Shown in pieces: positions 26,987-35,270 of a stretch of DNA of 44,052 nucleotides; within the stretch, counting starts at the first letter, position 1, and every line of letters begins with the position of its first letter. The notes beneath the pieces were generated by a model. That model was not told the DNA's origin. It saw only the letters and a program-made list of their open reading frames with translations, and ran no database searches. The stretch is from a virus, in IMG/VR virus record IMGVR_UViG_3300038708_000013, positions 1 through 44,052 of that record; one strand, given 5' to 3'. A program made the translations under genes and the position numbers.

Positions 26987-27160
26987 TCATTTAGCCTTAT
27001 CCATTCTATCAACGGTAGCCTTTGCTTTATCAGCATCTTTACCACCGCGCTTAGAACGCTTAGTCATAAACTCGTACCAGTAGTCAGCACCTTGCTCAGC
27101 ATTGCGCCTGTTGCACTCTTGCCAACGCTCAAACACTTCATCATTAGATAAGTTGCACAT
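26987..27160 (-). CDS. Unlisted 57-aa ORF (MCNLSNDEVFERWQECNRRN...)
   Basis: Hand-translated codon by codon. Below the 60-aa track cutoff. Start shares one nucleotide with the stop of a 26-aa ORF (27160..27240). Confidence 0.35.
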   Translation of the reverse strand: MCNLSNDEVFERWQECNRRNAEQGADYWYEFMTKRSKRGGKDADKAKATVDRMDKAK

Positions 27161-27267
27161 CAGCCGTCACCATTGGGTAGCTTTCCATCCCACCCTTCGC
27201 GCTTATTTTTTCTTTTGCTGTACGGAATGAATGGCAGCATAGCAATCCCTCGCTAAATTATAGGCGT

Positions 27268-27296
27268 AAAAAAAGCCCCACTCGTTAGAGTAGGAC
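27268..27296 (-). terminator. tR'-type intrinsic terminator downstream of the late promoter
   Basis: Minus strand CCTACTC-TAAC-GAGTGGG, then GC and T7. Confidence 0.7.
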
Positions 27297-27391
27297 TTGG
27301 TATAGGATAGCCACCACGTATAAGGTTAAACCATAAAGAGGCGGTGGGCGTATTAAATAGTTTGCTTCTTTCGCTGCGATAGCATAAGCAT
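27268..27391 (-). ncRNA. Short PR'-initiated leader transcript (lambda 6S RNA analogue)
   Basis: Inferred from the promoter at 27398..27425 and the terminator at 27268..27296. Confidence 0.4.
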
Positions 27392-27397
27392 ATCACT

Positions 27398-27425
27398 ACT
27401 ATATCAGGTTGTTTTAAAATGTCAA
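27398..27425 (-). promoter_or_regulatory. Late promoter PR': TTGACA-16-TATAGT
   Basis: The -35 hexamer (27425..27420) contains the Q stop codon. The -10 hexamer is at 27403..27398. Confidence 0.6.
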
Positions 27426-27835
27426 GTTATACCGCATCTTAACTCTCTAGCAAGAAAGCCTATGGCGTAATGTAGCAAGGGATTAACGTGATAGTTGGTC
27501 GCTTTCCTTTTGCCACATGGATATTCAAACTGACTCCAATAATCATCAGCTATCTTCTTTACTGACCAGTTATAGATAAAGTGATAAGTGATGATGTTGT
27601 GTAAATGCACAGAATGGTTCACAAGCTCATTCATTGCTCTATCGACTGCTAGTGCATCTTCATCGCTAATATAACTCACTACGCGACGACTAGACGGCTT
27701 TACGCTATCCTTGCACAGCTTAGGTGCTGACTTGATGAGCATTAGACTTGGACTCTTACACCCTAAGTCGCTGTTATCATCATTTACCCATGCACCATAG
27801 GCAAACATCAAATCCGTTATAGATAAATCACTCAT
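27422..27835 (-). CDS. Q-like late antiterminator
   Basis: Pattern AYGAWVNDDN...ISDEDALAVDRAMNEL...SVKKIADDY resembles phage 82-type Q. Sits directly before the promoter/terminator/late genes. Confidence 0.55.
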   Translation of the reverse strand: MSDLSITDLMFAYGAWVNDDNSDLGCKSPSLMLIKSAPKLCKDSVKPSSRRVVSYISDEDALAVDRAMNELVNHSVHLHNIITYHFIYNWSVKKIADDYWSQFEYPCGKRKATNYHVNPLLHYAIGFLARELRCGIT

Positions 27836-28374
27836 TTGCCCTGCTCCGTAGTCTTGTTGTTGATGTCGCCTCTAATCCACTGATAGTCATCAGGCTGTGG
27901 TAACGCTAAACCCTGTGCGCTGTAAAAGTGGTATATCTCATGCAAGTATTCACCCATTTGTTTTGTGCTCGCTTTGGTAGTGCTGAATAACCTAGCCACG
28001 CCCTGCGCTAGTCGCTCATATTCTTGCGCACTCAGGTGCTTTTTAGCCTCGTTTAGCACAATCACCGTCTCAGCCGTTTCTAAGTCGTCACGCTGATAAA
28101 TCTTAACGAGGTGTGCGCGCTTCAATATCGTGTGCTGCTGCTCTTTGGTGTTGCCGTCCTTACCGCCAATGATTGTTACCCACTTCCAGTAAAGAGAGTT
28201 CTGAGCGACTGAACGCGCGCGCTCTTTACTCATCACCTCAACTGTTACTATCGTTTCGACTTCTTGATTTTCTTTGTGCGCCTGGAACATCGACATGACG
28301 TAAGTGCACAGGTTAGTGAACACGTCCATGCTGATAACTCTAAAAACTTTCCGGATAGTTTTGAATGGCTGCAT
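27832..28374 (-). CDS. NinB/Orf-like recombination mediator (start uncertain; ATG 28329 possible)
   Basis: RSVAQNSLYWKW and STTKASTKQMGEYLHEIYHFYSAQG parallel lambda NinB motifs. Confidence 0.4.
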   Translation of the reverse strand: MQPFKTIRKVFRVISMDVFTNLCTYVMSMFQAHKENQEVETIVTVEVMSKERARSVAQNSLYWKWVTIIGGKDGNTKEQQHTILKRAHLVKIYQRDDLETAETVIVLNEAKKHLSAQEYERLAQGVARLFSTTKASTKQMGEYLHEIYHFYSAQGLALPQPDDYQWIRGDINNKTTEQGK

Positions 28375-28648
28375 CCTGTAACCTCTTTAATGTCTCGTTT
28401 GTGCTTTCTAGCTTTTCGATAAACCAATCCAACTGCTGCTGTCTTGTCTGCTGTGATAGGTTCTGATCCAGTCCTTGATGACAATTTACGCATAAAGGGA
28501 TTGTGTACTTATCATCAGCCTTGATACCTCGACCCTTGCCATGACACATGAAGTTACTGTGTGCGGCCTGACTTGGTGCATCAGCTCCGCAAGCACAGCA
28601 AATCATCTCCCTGATAGCATCAAGCCGCTTTGGGTTTCTATTGCTCAA
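28340..28648 (-). CDS. YbcO-like (DUF1364-type) Cys/His putative nuclease
   Basis: CCACG...AAHSNF..HGKGRGIKADDKYTIPLCVNCHQGLD. Confidence 0.45.
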   Translation of the reverse strand: MSNRNPKRLDAIREMICCACGADAPSQAAHSNFMCHGKGRGIKADDKYTIPLCVNCHQGLDQNLSQQTRQQQLDWFIEKLESTNETLKRLQDAAIQNYPESF

Positions 28649-29337
28649 AGATTACTACCTGCATTTTCTAAGGTTACCTTTTCGCCTCTTAACGACTCCC
28701 TTGACTCAATATCTTGAATTAAGTGGTCGATTTCGGTTGCAACCCACATCCAATCTCTACTTAGGATTAAATCCATTACGCTACTAATTCGGTAATAGCG
28801 ATGCTTTGAAATAGTCTTGATATTCTTGGAGATTTTGAGTCGCTGAAACAGACCTATGCGCCCTTCGTGAACTCTTGCATAATCGGCATACCACATCGCC
28901 TTTTTTAAATCCTCAAGCAAATCGCCCTTGCTGCCAGCCCGATACAGATACTTGAAACAGTTACCACCGCAAAAACTCATATGCTTAGTCACTTCGATGC
29001 ACTCAATTCCGCTTGCATCTTTGTAGTGTGGCGGGTGGTTTACCATGTCAACATCGTCATCGTCATCGTCACCAACCAAGCATAAGCAGTCACTTATTGG
29101 CTTATCACACCCTGAGCAAACCCAATCTTTGTCACTCTCCGAATCGCTGCCTTTACGCAAAAACTCATAGTCACGTAGAAACTCGTACTGAGTACAACTG
29201 TCAGTACAATCATCCTCTGCTGAATAACTCGTAATGATTGGCACTTTATTGCCATGCTTAAGACCAATTACTTCACACTCAATCGGATTTTTCTTGGTTA
29301 TCCAAAAGTCGCCAATCTCAATCGCTTTATCACTCAT
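28645..29337 (-). CDS. DUF3310-domain protein with poly-Asp linker
   Basis: NHPPHYKDASGIECIEV...GNCFKYLYRAGSKGDLLEDLKKAMWY. Start at ATG 29337 (MSDKAIE). Confidence 0.55.
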   Translation of the reverse strand: MSDKAIEIGDFWITKKNPIECEVIGLKHGNKVPIITSYSAEDDCTDSCTQYEFLRDYEFLRKGSDSESDKDWVCSGCDKPISDCLCLVGDDDDDDVDMVNHPPHYKDASGIECIEVTKHMSFCGGNCFKYLYRAGSKGDLLEDLKKAMWYADYARVHEGRIGLFQRLKISKNIKTISKHRYYRISSVMDLILSRDWMWVATEIDHLIQDIESRESLRGEKVTLENAGSNL

Positions 29338-29500
29338 CGCCCTTGCTCCTAAAATCCTGCATGAATACAAACTTTCTCACCGTCCTGACCGCTTTTTCTG
29401 CACCAGCTTTCAAGTAGCTCACAAGCTCGTCGCTTATCCAATCAATCACGACTTCATCGCCTGTCGCTTGCTCAATCCATGTCTGTCCGACTTCAATCAT
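29330..29500 (-). CDS. Small hypothetical protein
   Basis: First ATG at 29500 (MIEVGQTW). The track start is a TTG. Confidence 0.35.
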   Translation of the reverse strand: MIEVGQTWIEQATGDEVVIDWISDELVSYLKAGAEKAVRTVRKFVFMQDFRSKGDE

Positions 29501-29589
29501 TTCGCCCGCCTTTATTTGTCGTTTTAAGCCTCGCAAATCACTTGTAGTACCTTTGCATCTAAAAGCGATTTACTCAGCGTGTACCCTTG

Positions 29590-29919
29590 TTATTTTTGCA
29601 ATGCTTGCGGTTTTCGCGGTGCATACATCATCTGTGCGTTAATACCACCGTTACCTTGCGGTCTTTGTCTTGGCTCGTACCGTCCACGGCTGCCAATCGG
29701 TGTCATTTCTAAGTCAACAAGCGTCGCATGTAAGTTATCCTCACATCGTCTGCAATCAAACGCTGCTTCGTGCATTGCACTGGTCGCCTTAGCTCTTTGC
29801 TTATCGCTAGCGTCCATACCCAGCAATCGGCAACGTTCAGACTTCCTTGTGTAATCGTTTTCAGCTTTAATCGCTGCGTCCGTGTCTTTTTTAAGCTGCT
29901 TTAGTAATTCGATGTTCAT
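29590..29919 (-). CDS. Hypothetical protein
   Basis: 109 aa. ATGA-type overlap with the VRR-NUC gene. Confidence 0.45.
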   Translation of the reverse strand: MNIELLKQLKKDTDAAIKAENDYTRKSERCRLLGMDASDKQRAKATSAMHEAAFDCRRCEDNLHATLVDLEMTPIGSRGRYEPRQRPQGNGGINAQMMYAPRKPQALQK

Positions 29920-30287
29920 TGGTTAATCCCCATATAATCCAATATCTCGTCAAACGCTGCCTGATAACCACTTCGTATCACCGCTAGATAGCCCTCGTCC
30001 GAGAGCATTTGTAAGCGTTCCTTTTGCTCGTCTGAGGCAATGCCACCACTTTCATCTTTAAGCTCAATACGCAAGCCGTGGTAGCCATTACGAGCTATGT
30101 CCACGATTAAGTCTGGGTAACCTTTTCGCACTCCACCATGTTTAAGACCTGCTGCTGTTCTTTTTGGCCGCTTACCGCCATTTGGCACATGGACGATGTA
30201 ATCTGATAGCGTTCTGCCCTTGTACGGTATTTGCTTTGCGTCACGGACAATCTTGTTTTGGATTTGCTGCTCTGATAGCTCATTCAT
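29916..30287 (-). CDS. VRR-NUC domain nuclease
   Basis: PD-(D/E)XK signature GYPDLIV...LRIELK...SDEQ. Confidence 0.6.
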   Translation of the reverse strand: MNELSEQQIQNKIVRDAKQIPYKGRTLSDYIVHVPNGGKRPKRTAAGLKHGGVRKGYPDLIVDIARNGYHGLRIELKDESGGIASDEQKERLQMLSDEGYLAVIRSGYQAAFDEILDYMGINQ

Positions 30288-30598
30288 TACTTACCGCCTC
30301 CCTCGTAGTTGTCCAGCGCATCAATGAGCAAATCGACTGGACCGCTAATTCGCTCTGCGTAGTACATTTCCCCGCAGTCGTTGCTATCGTCATAATCCTT
30401 TGACGCTTGACGCAAATCCCTAGCTGCGATAATCAAGTCATTCAACTCTGCGGAATCACCTTTATTTAATTTATCGACCGCTAGCTTTAGGTTTTTTACC
30501 TCTGTGTTGTTTTTCTTGATATCCGACTGAGCTTGACGCATGGCAACTTTCAACCAATGGACGCTATCCTTTAAATTTGTTTTGAAAATATCCATCAT
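30287..30598 (-). CDS. Hypothetical protein
   Basis: Track ORF 30287..30601 begins at a TTG. The first ATG is at 30598. Confidence 0.45.
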   Translation of the reverse strand: MMDIFKTNLKDSVHWLKVAMRQAQSDIKKNNTEVKNLKLAVDKLNKGDSAELNDLIIAARDLRQASKDYDDSNDCGEMYYAERISGPVDLLIDALDNYEGGGK

Positions 30599-30732
30599 CA
30601 ATCCTTAATAATCTGGTTAAAACTCTTGCGACTCATCGTTTCTTTTGAGCCGTCCGTGTAGGTGATCGTCACGGTCTGCGATGTTTTCCATTCCGTGTGC
30701 TGCACCGTCTTTTTGTTGATTATGTTTTTCAT
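30598..30732 (-). CDS. Unlisted 44-aa ORF (MKNIINKKTVQHTEWKTSQ...)
   Basis: Hand-translated. Starts 4 nt after the upstream stop. Its stop overlaps the next ATG by 1 nt. Confidence 0.35.
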   Translation of the reverse strand: MKNIINKKTVQHTEWKTSQTVTITYTDGSKETMSRKSFNQIIKD

Positions 30733-30736
30733 GCTG

Positions 30737-31180
30737 TCACTCTTCACCTTTCTCAGGCTGAAACTTAGTATCAAAGTGGCCTATGGTTGTCTGATACTTC
30801 CCGCTTGGCGCAGTGCTTTTGGGCTGATAGATGACCACCCCTTTACGCAAGCACACCTCGCAAACAACAAAAGATTGCGCCTCTTGTTTTAGATACGCAG
30901 ATTTTCTGTCCACCCACTTCGTACCCTTTGACACTCTTGCCAAAAAATCGTCAAGATTGATAAATTCTGATAGAAGCTGCTCTTTACTCATGTATTTCTG
31001 ATGACCATTGCGAAAGCAAACTAGGATTCGTCTTTCTTCATCAGTGTTGAAGTTAACCAGACACCTAACCTGAACGTTTTTATTCTTTCTAATCCAAAAT
31101 CCTTTTAAGTCTTTTAGTTCTTTCATGCGCTCAATCTCCGTAATTCTGCTAATTGAATATTCATGCGCGAACCACCGCAT
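30737..31180 (-). CDS. Hypothetical protein
   Basis: 147 aa. Alternative start at MKELKDL (31126). Confidence 0.45.
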   Translation of the reverse strand: MRWFAHEYSISRITEIERMKELKDLKGFWIRKNKNVQVRCLVNFNTDEERRILVCFRNGHQKYMSKEQLLSEFINLDDFLARVSKGTKWVDRKSAYLKQEAQSFVVCEVCLRKGVVIYQPKSTAPSGKYQTTIGHFDTKFQPEKGEE

Positions 31181-31517
31181 AGCTGTTAACCAAATCCACT
31201 TTCAAATCTTTGTCACCAGCTCTCAGTTCATCGACGAAATCATTACCAAACTCGAATATCACTTTTGACAAATCACCTTTACCGCCTTTGTCTCTAAAAA
31301 CCATGCTTTGCAATCCGCGCTTGTGGCCGTCCGTGTCCATGATGTGCAGCGTGACTTGAAACTTGCGATCTTTCTTCATAATCCGCTTGCGTCTGCTTGC
31401 TATCCACTGACCTGTAAATTGCGCTCTATCGGCTGCCTTCTTGTAATCGTCGTCGTGTAGGAATATCTTGAAATAGCCATCGAATACTGGTTTAAATGCT
31501 TTTTTCTTATCGCTCAT
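31161..31517 (-). CDS. Hypothetical protein
   Basis: 118 aa, lysine-rich. Confidence 0.45.
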   Translation of the reverse strand: MSDKKKAFKPVFDGYFKIFLHDDDYKKAADRAQFTGQWIASRRKRIMKKDRKFQVTLHIMDTDGHKRGLQSMVFRDKGGKGDLSKVIFEFGNDFVDELRAGDKDLKVDLVNSYAVVRA

Positions 31518-31681
31518 GCTGCTGTCTCCACTGGCTCAATATCAAAATCTAATCCGACTGCGCGTAGTTGTTGGCGCTTCTTGTACTCCTTCGTCACTGG
31601 ACAATTCATAATCATGTGCCAGTAGCGGTTAGGCTCATCGAATGGGTCAGGGAATAACTGGCTTTTGGTTTGAGTAATCAT
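31514..31681 (-). CDS. Unlisted 55-aa ORF (MITQTKSQLFPDPFDEPNRYWH...)
   Basis: Hand-translated. ATGA overlaps with the DnaB stop and with the next start. Confidence 0.45.
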   Translation of the reverse strand: MITQTKSQLFPDPFDEPNRYWHMIMNCPVTKEYKKRQQLRAVGLDFDIEPVETAA

Positions 31682-33069
31682 GATTCGCTCCCATAGGCAG
31701 GTATTGAGTCCGTGTGATAACTTGGCAGTAAATTACTAAAGCGGCTGAACTCGCCTTCAAATGCTAGTCTTACGGTCCCAACTGGCCCTTGGCGGTTTTT
31801 AGCCACTCCGACTTCAGCAATTCCTTTGTGTTCTGAATTTTCGTTATAAACCTCGTCACGGTAGAGAAACATAATCACGTCTGCATTTTCCTCAATAGCC
31901 CCTGACTCTTTTAGGTCGCTCATTATGGGCCGCTTGTTTGGGCGGCTCTCTAAACTACGGTTAAGCTGTGACAGTGCGATAACTGGACAATTAAACTCTT
32001 TACCGAACCGTTTAAGCTCTTTTGCAATCTCACCAATGGCATTGGCCTTTTGGCCCGCATCTTTACCTTTGGCCTCACCCATGATCTGGATGTAATCGAC
32101 CATGATTACGCCAATCTCACCGTGAGTATTGCGAATCTTATTAAGCGTGGTTCGCATTTGCGGAATAGTCATCGCTGGCTGTGATTCGATAAACATTGGG
32201 TAATTGTCACGATAGTCGCCTACTGTGCGAGTAAGGTTCTGCCAATCCTCTGTCTCTACATTGGTCCCACTACGAATTTTGTTAAGCTGAACACCTGACT
32301 TTGAGGCCATAAAGCGTTGGACCACAGATTCATCCGTCATTTCGATGCTAAAGAACACACCAGCGCGTCGCTTGTAGTTGTCGTCTTTGTCTGTGTAGAA
32401 GTCATGCTCAACCATGTTTTGGACCAAGGTTTGTGCAAATGTGGTTTTACCCATTGAAGGACGTGCCCCGACAATCACAAGGTCCCCATTTTGGATAGGG
32501 GCTTGTGCATCCACTTCTTCGATACCTGTTGGCTTGAATGGTAGAATCTCACCGCGTCCTGCTGCTTGTAGATTGTCAAAGAACGCATCCATCATTGAGC
32601 CGACCGTGCGCGCACCACCGTTAATCTTTTTGGTGTCAATCACCTTGGTCATACTCTCGATGGCTGTGTTGACCTTATCGTCCAGTCTTAAATCAGGATT
32701 CTTTAGGTCCTCACGCGCTTGGACTAATAGACGGTCCATTGCTCTATGCTGTGATAAATCTCTAATGCGCTCAGCGTAGGCTTTCAGATTGAAAAGCGTT
32801 GACGGACTGGTGACTAGGATTTCAGCGATATAACCCTCACCACCTGTTGCCTCTACTAATTTGTTGGCTTCTAACCAGTCATGGACCATTACGCTGTCAT
32901 ACGGTAGGCCCTGCTCATTTAGGGACCGAACGCACCTGAATATTGTCTTATGGCGGTCTGCTGCAAAATCCTCATGATCGATAATGGTTGACACATGGTC
33001 CAACGAGCCTTCGATACTAAGTAGTGAGGCAATAACTGATTTTTCTAAGTCGATATTGTGAAAGCTCAT
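31678..33069 (-). CDS. dnaB: Replicative DNA helicase, DnaB family
   Basis: Walker A GARPSMGKTTFA, plus IVIALSQLNRSLESR-type motifs. 463 aa. Confidence 0.9.
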   Translation of the reverse strand: MSFHNIDLEKSVIASLLSIEGSLDHVSTIIDHEDFAADRHKTIFRCVRSLNEQGLPYDSVMVHDWLEANKLVEATGGEGYIAEILVTSPSTLFNLKAYAERIRDLSQHRAMDRLLVQAREDLKNPDLRLDDKVNTAIESMTKVIDTKKINGGARTVGSMMDAFFDNLQAAGRGEILPFKPTGIEEVDAQAPIQNGDLVIVGARPSMGKTTFAQTLVQNMVEHDFYTDKDDNYKRRAGVFFSIEMTDESVVQRFMASKSGVQLNKIRSGTNVETEDWQNLTRTVGDYRDNYPMFIESQPAMTIPQMRTTLNKIRNTHGEIGVIMVDYIQIMGEAKGKDAGQKANAIGEIAKELKRFGKEFNCPVIALSQLNRSLESRPNKRPIMSDLKESGAIEENADVIMFLYRDEVYNENSEHKGIAEVGVAKNRQGPVGTVRLAFEGEFSRFSNLLPSYHTDSIPAYGSES

Positions 33070-33968
33070 ACTGGTAACCCCGCTTGCTGCATTGCTTGTT
33101 TGTTTTTCTCAATCTGCTGCTCTCTGGTCAACTTAGGACCACTGCTTTGATTGAATGAATCACTACGGTTGCTGTGTGGTCTGTTGACTGTCTCAGCGTC
33201 TTGCTTTGGCTGTCTGTCAGCAATACTTATCAACCATAGTTTCAATTTTGCTTGTCTTAGGTTTTCACGCTTGATTGGCTTACCTTCTGCTGCTGCTTCC
33301 TCGTAATAAGCCTTAAAGTCACTAACATGAGATAAATACTGGTTATCTGTCATATCGAGCTTTTTACCTGCCATCATTAACAGTGATTGCATTGTTTCTT
33401 TTGATGGTTGTTGCCAGTTCATAATTGATTCAGCGTTTTGATCTCTAACTGCTAACACATCACCTTCAATCTTTTGTGTGTGCCCACTCTCTTTATTAGT
33501 CTCTTGTTGTTCTCTTAGAGATGCGCCCATTTTGGGCTGTTCAGATGCGCCCATTTTGGGCTGTTCCTGCGCCCAATCTGCACTACTCGATGCGCCCATT
33601 TTGGGCTGTTCGCTAGCGGTGGGCGTTTGGCGTTGTTTTAGTTCGATTTTCATCAATTCTGGATAGTTGATTGTGTAGTGATTAACTCGGTCAAAAGAGT
33701 TTGGCGCCAGTTTTTCAACTAAAATCAAATCTTTATCGTTTAGACTTTTTACCGCTCGTCTAATTGTGTTTTTTGACCAAAATGGAAAATCTTGCTCCTT
33801 CCATTTATCTAAGTTTTTATAAATCCACATCTTGCCGTCGTGCTCAACTTTGGCGTGTCTTAACCAGTAATGTAGTTGCTGTAGTAAAAGTGCTTCATTT
33901 AGACCGATAGCTGCTGCCAATGAAGGGAGTACCTGTAGTGGTGGCTCATTAATTAGTAAATTACTCAT
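33066..33968 (-). CDS. Replication initiator (O-like, N-terminal winged helix) carrying the origin repeats
   Basis: N-terminus LQVLPSLAAAIGLNEALLLQQLHYWL. Central EQPKMGAS x3. Directly upstream of dnaB. Confidence 0.6.
   Translation of the reverse strand: MSNLLINEPPLQVLPSLAAAIGLNEALLLQQLHYWLRHAKVEHDGKMWIYKNLDKWKEQDFPFWSKNTIRRAVKSLNDKDLILVEKLAPNSFDRVNHYTINYPELMKIELKQRQTPTASEQPKMGASSSADWAQEQPKMGASEQPKMGASLREQQETNKESGHTQKIEGDVLAVRDQNAESIMNWQQPSKETMQSLLMMAGKKLDMTDNQYLSHVSDFKAYYEEAAAEGKPIKRENLRQAKLKLWLISIADRQPKQDAETVNRPHSNRSDSFNQSSGPKLTREQQIEKNKQAMQQAGLPV
33520..33611. repeat. Origin-like iterons: GATGCGCCCATTTTGGGCTGTTC x3 plus one partial copy
   Basis: Exact 23-mers at 33520..33542, 33544..33566 and 33589..33611. 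Partial TGCGCCCAAT at 33568..33577. Each contains the dyad GCCCA-TTT-TGGGC. Confidence 0.75.
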
Positions 33969-34276
33969 TCTTTATTACTCCCAAACTCTATGCACCAGTT
34001 CCACTCATGTGTGTCTACGTCGCGCTCAAGCGTTATGTTTGTGATCTTGTAGTGATGCTCTTTGTTAAATACTACGAACCTGCTTGCATCATGCTTGGTA
34101 ACAAATTCTAGATTGTCGCCAATAGCCATGGTTGGATGGTCAACGCCCCACTTTGGGTACGTGCCTTTTGCTACTGGCGTTCTAAAATTTATCAATAAGC
34201 CGCTTTTAGCTGCATCTCTGAAATACTTATCCGTATCTATAAGATGTGTTCTTGGTTGACTTATAATTGCTGCCAT
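33965..34276 (-). CDS. Hypothetical protein
   Basis: Start set at ATG 34276 (MAAIISQ) behind AAGGGGA. The track start is 34303. Confidence 0.45.
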   Translation of the reverse strand: MAAIISQPRTHLIDTDKYFRDAAKSGLLINFRTPVAKGTYPKWGVDHPTMAIGDNLEFVTKHDASRFVVFNKEHHYKITNITLERDVDTHEWNWCIEFGSNKE

Positions 34277-34285
34277 GGTTATAAT
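34256..34285 (+). promoter_or_regulatory. Plus-strand promoter TTGACT-18-TATAAT, antisense to the early-right operon
   Basis: -35 at 34256..34261 and -10 at 34280..34285. The spacer contains the complement of start codon 34276. Confidence 0.4.
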
Positions 34286-34291
34286 CCCCTT

Positions 34292-34357
34292 GCATATCTT
34301 CATATATGTTTGTTTTTTGGTAAGACGCTCTCAGTTCGCGCTGATGAGCGTTTTTTA
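34292..34357 (+). ncRNA. Candidate oop-like cis-antisense small RNA (~65 nt)
   Basis: Runs from the promoter above to the plus-strand terminator at 34325..34357. Confidence 0.35.
34325..34357 (+). terminator. Plus-strand intrinsic terminator inside the minus-strand operon
   Basis: ACGCTCTCAG-ttcgcg-CTGAtGAGCGT followed by TTTTTTATT. On the minus strand the same hairpin has no T-run after it. Confidence 0.6.
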
Positions 34358-34708
34358 TTGCGTGTCCAACTCATACCTAATCACTCGCTGATTCTTGTCT
34401 CTTATGCTGTGTAGCTCATAACCCAGCTCACGAATGTTTGACATGATGTTGCTCAGATAAGACAGCGACATATCAAAGTTAGCCACATCGTAAAAACCAT
34501 CCCTTCTCATCTGCTCGAAAATCCGCTGACCTTTCTCGGTTGGCATATCGCTTGTGACCTTTGTTCGACCTGCGCCCCTACTTTGCCTTTTGGGTTCTAC
34601 CTTGCTTCTTGCGCGAGTAAGTGCTCCCTTGTGTGGCCTGCGCGGTGCAACTCTAAAACCTTCGCTAAAATCATCTAACCTTGTGATTTCTATTGTTTGC
34701 TTTGCCAT
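34355..34708 (-). CDS. Hypothetical basic protein, possibly DNA-binding
   Basis: 117 aa. RBS GGAGCG. Arg/Lys-rich centre. Confidence 0.45.
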   Translation of the reverse strand: MAKQTIEITRLDDFSEGFRVAPRRPHKGALTRARSKVEPKRQSRGAGRTKVTSDMPTEKGQRIFEQMRRDGFYDVANFDMSLSYLSNIMSNIRELGYELHSIRDKNQRVIRYELDTQ

Positions 34709-34868
34709 TACCTACGCTCCTATTCCCTCTACCGTTGAAACTAAAAACCTTGCCTGTGTTTACTGCTTGCCTTGCACCATGCTGTTTGTAAAACTCATCA
34801 ATAGCGGCTTGGTCTGGGCTTACCCTTGGGTATGTTGAGCGCCTATGTGCGTTTCTCTCTTTTTTCAT
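34671..34868 (-). CDS. Possible 65-aa basic protein (short form of track ORF 34671..34952)
   Basis: ATG 34868 forms an ATGA overlap with the upstream stop. Overlaps the next gene by 38 nt. Confidence 0.25.
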   Translation of the reverse strand: MKKERNAHRRSTYPRVSPDQAAIDEFYKQHGARQAVNTGKVFSFNGRGNRSVGNGKANNRNHKVR

Positions 34869-35206
34869 ACCTGCCCCGCAAAATGGATTAATGTATAAAC
34901 CGCGATTGCTGCACATGAGATAACAAAGACGACGCTCTTGATGCTGTGCCAAAATTGAGCGTTGATGTCGCGTTTGCGCTGTCGTGCTGCTTCGTTGGCT
35001 TCTTTAGCTGCTAACTGCCTAGCATCTAAGCGGTCTTGCTCTGCTTGCGCTTCTAGTGCTTCGTTGGCTGCTGCTTCGTTAAATCTCATCTTTGCGTGTC
35101 TCCGTTCTACTTCGTGTTTGTAAGATAATCGCCACATCATTTGTGCATGACTGATAGCGTGTTCAAATTCCTCATCATCAGCTTTCAAGGTGTATTCGTC
35201 AGTCAT
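34865..35206 (-). CDS. Coiled-coil protein with C-terminal membrane anchor
   Basis: Ala/Glu/Arg-rich helix, then VVFVISCAAIAVYTLIHF. Confidence 0.45.
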   Translation of the reverse strand: MTDEYTLKADDEEFEHAISHAQMMWRLSYKHEVERRHAKMRFNEAAANEALEAQAEQDRLDARQLAAKEANEAARQRKRDINAQFWHSIKSVVFVISCAAIAVYTLIHFAGQV

Positions 35207-35270
35207 CGCTTAATCTCCTTCACTGGCACTTGGTAGCTGCTACCGTCTGCGAAAGTTACTGTTTCAAACA

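Noticed and set aside
5488-28493. Same-strand nested out-of-frame ORFs (5488..5736, 6858..7061, 7727..7924, 8333..8545, 19552..19776, 25308..25505, 28248..28493)
   Set aside because: They are fully embedded in better-supported frames, and I see no independent start signals.
29053-29070. (ATCGTC)x3 microsatellite-like repeat
   Set aside because: It is the coding sequence for a poly-Asp linker (DDDDDD) in the DUF3310 protein, not a non-coding repeat or contingency locus.
33520-33611. Possible CRISPR-like array
   Set aside because: The repeats are 23 bp with spacers of 1, 1 and 11 bp, and they lie inside a coding region. Origin iterons fit better. I saw no cas genes or CRISPR arrays anywhere in the window.
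34869-34952. Long form of ORF 34671..34952
   Set aside because: The upstream 28 codons overlap gene 34865..35206 out of frame. Only the short form, starting at the ATGA junction, is kept, and with low confidence.
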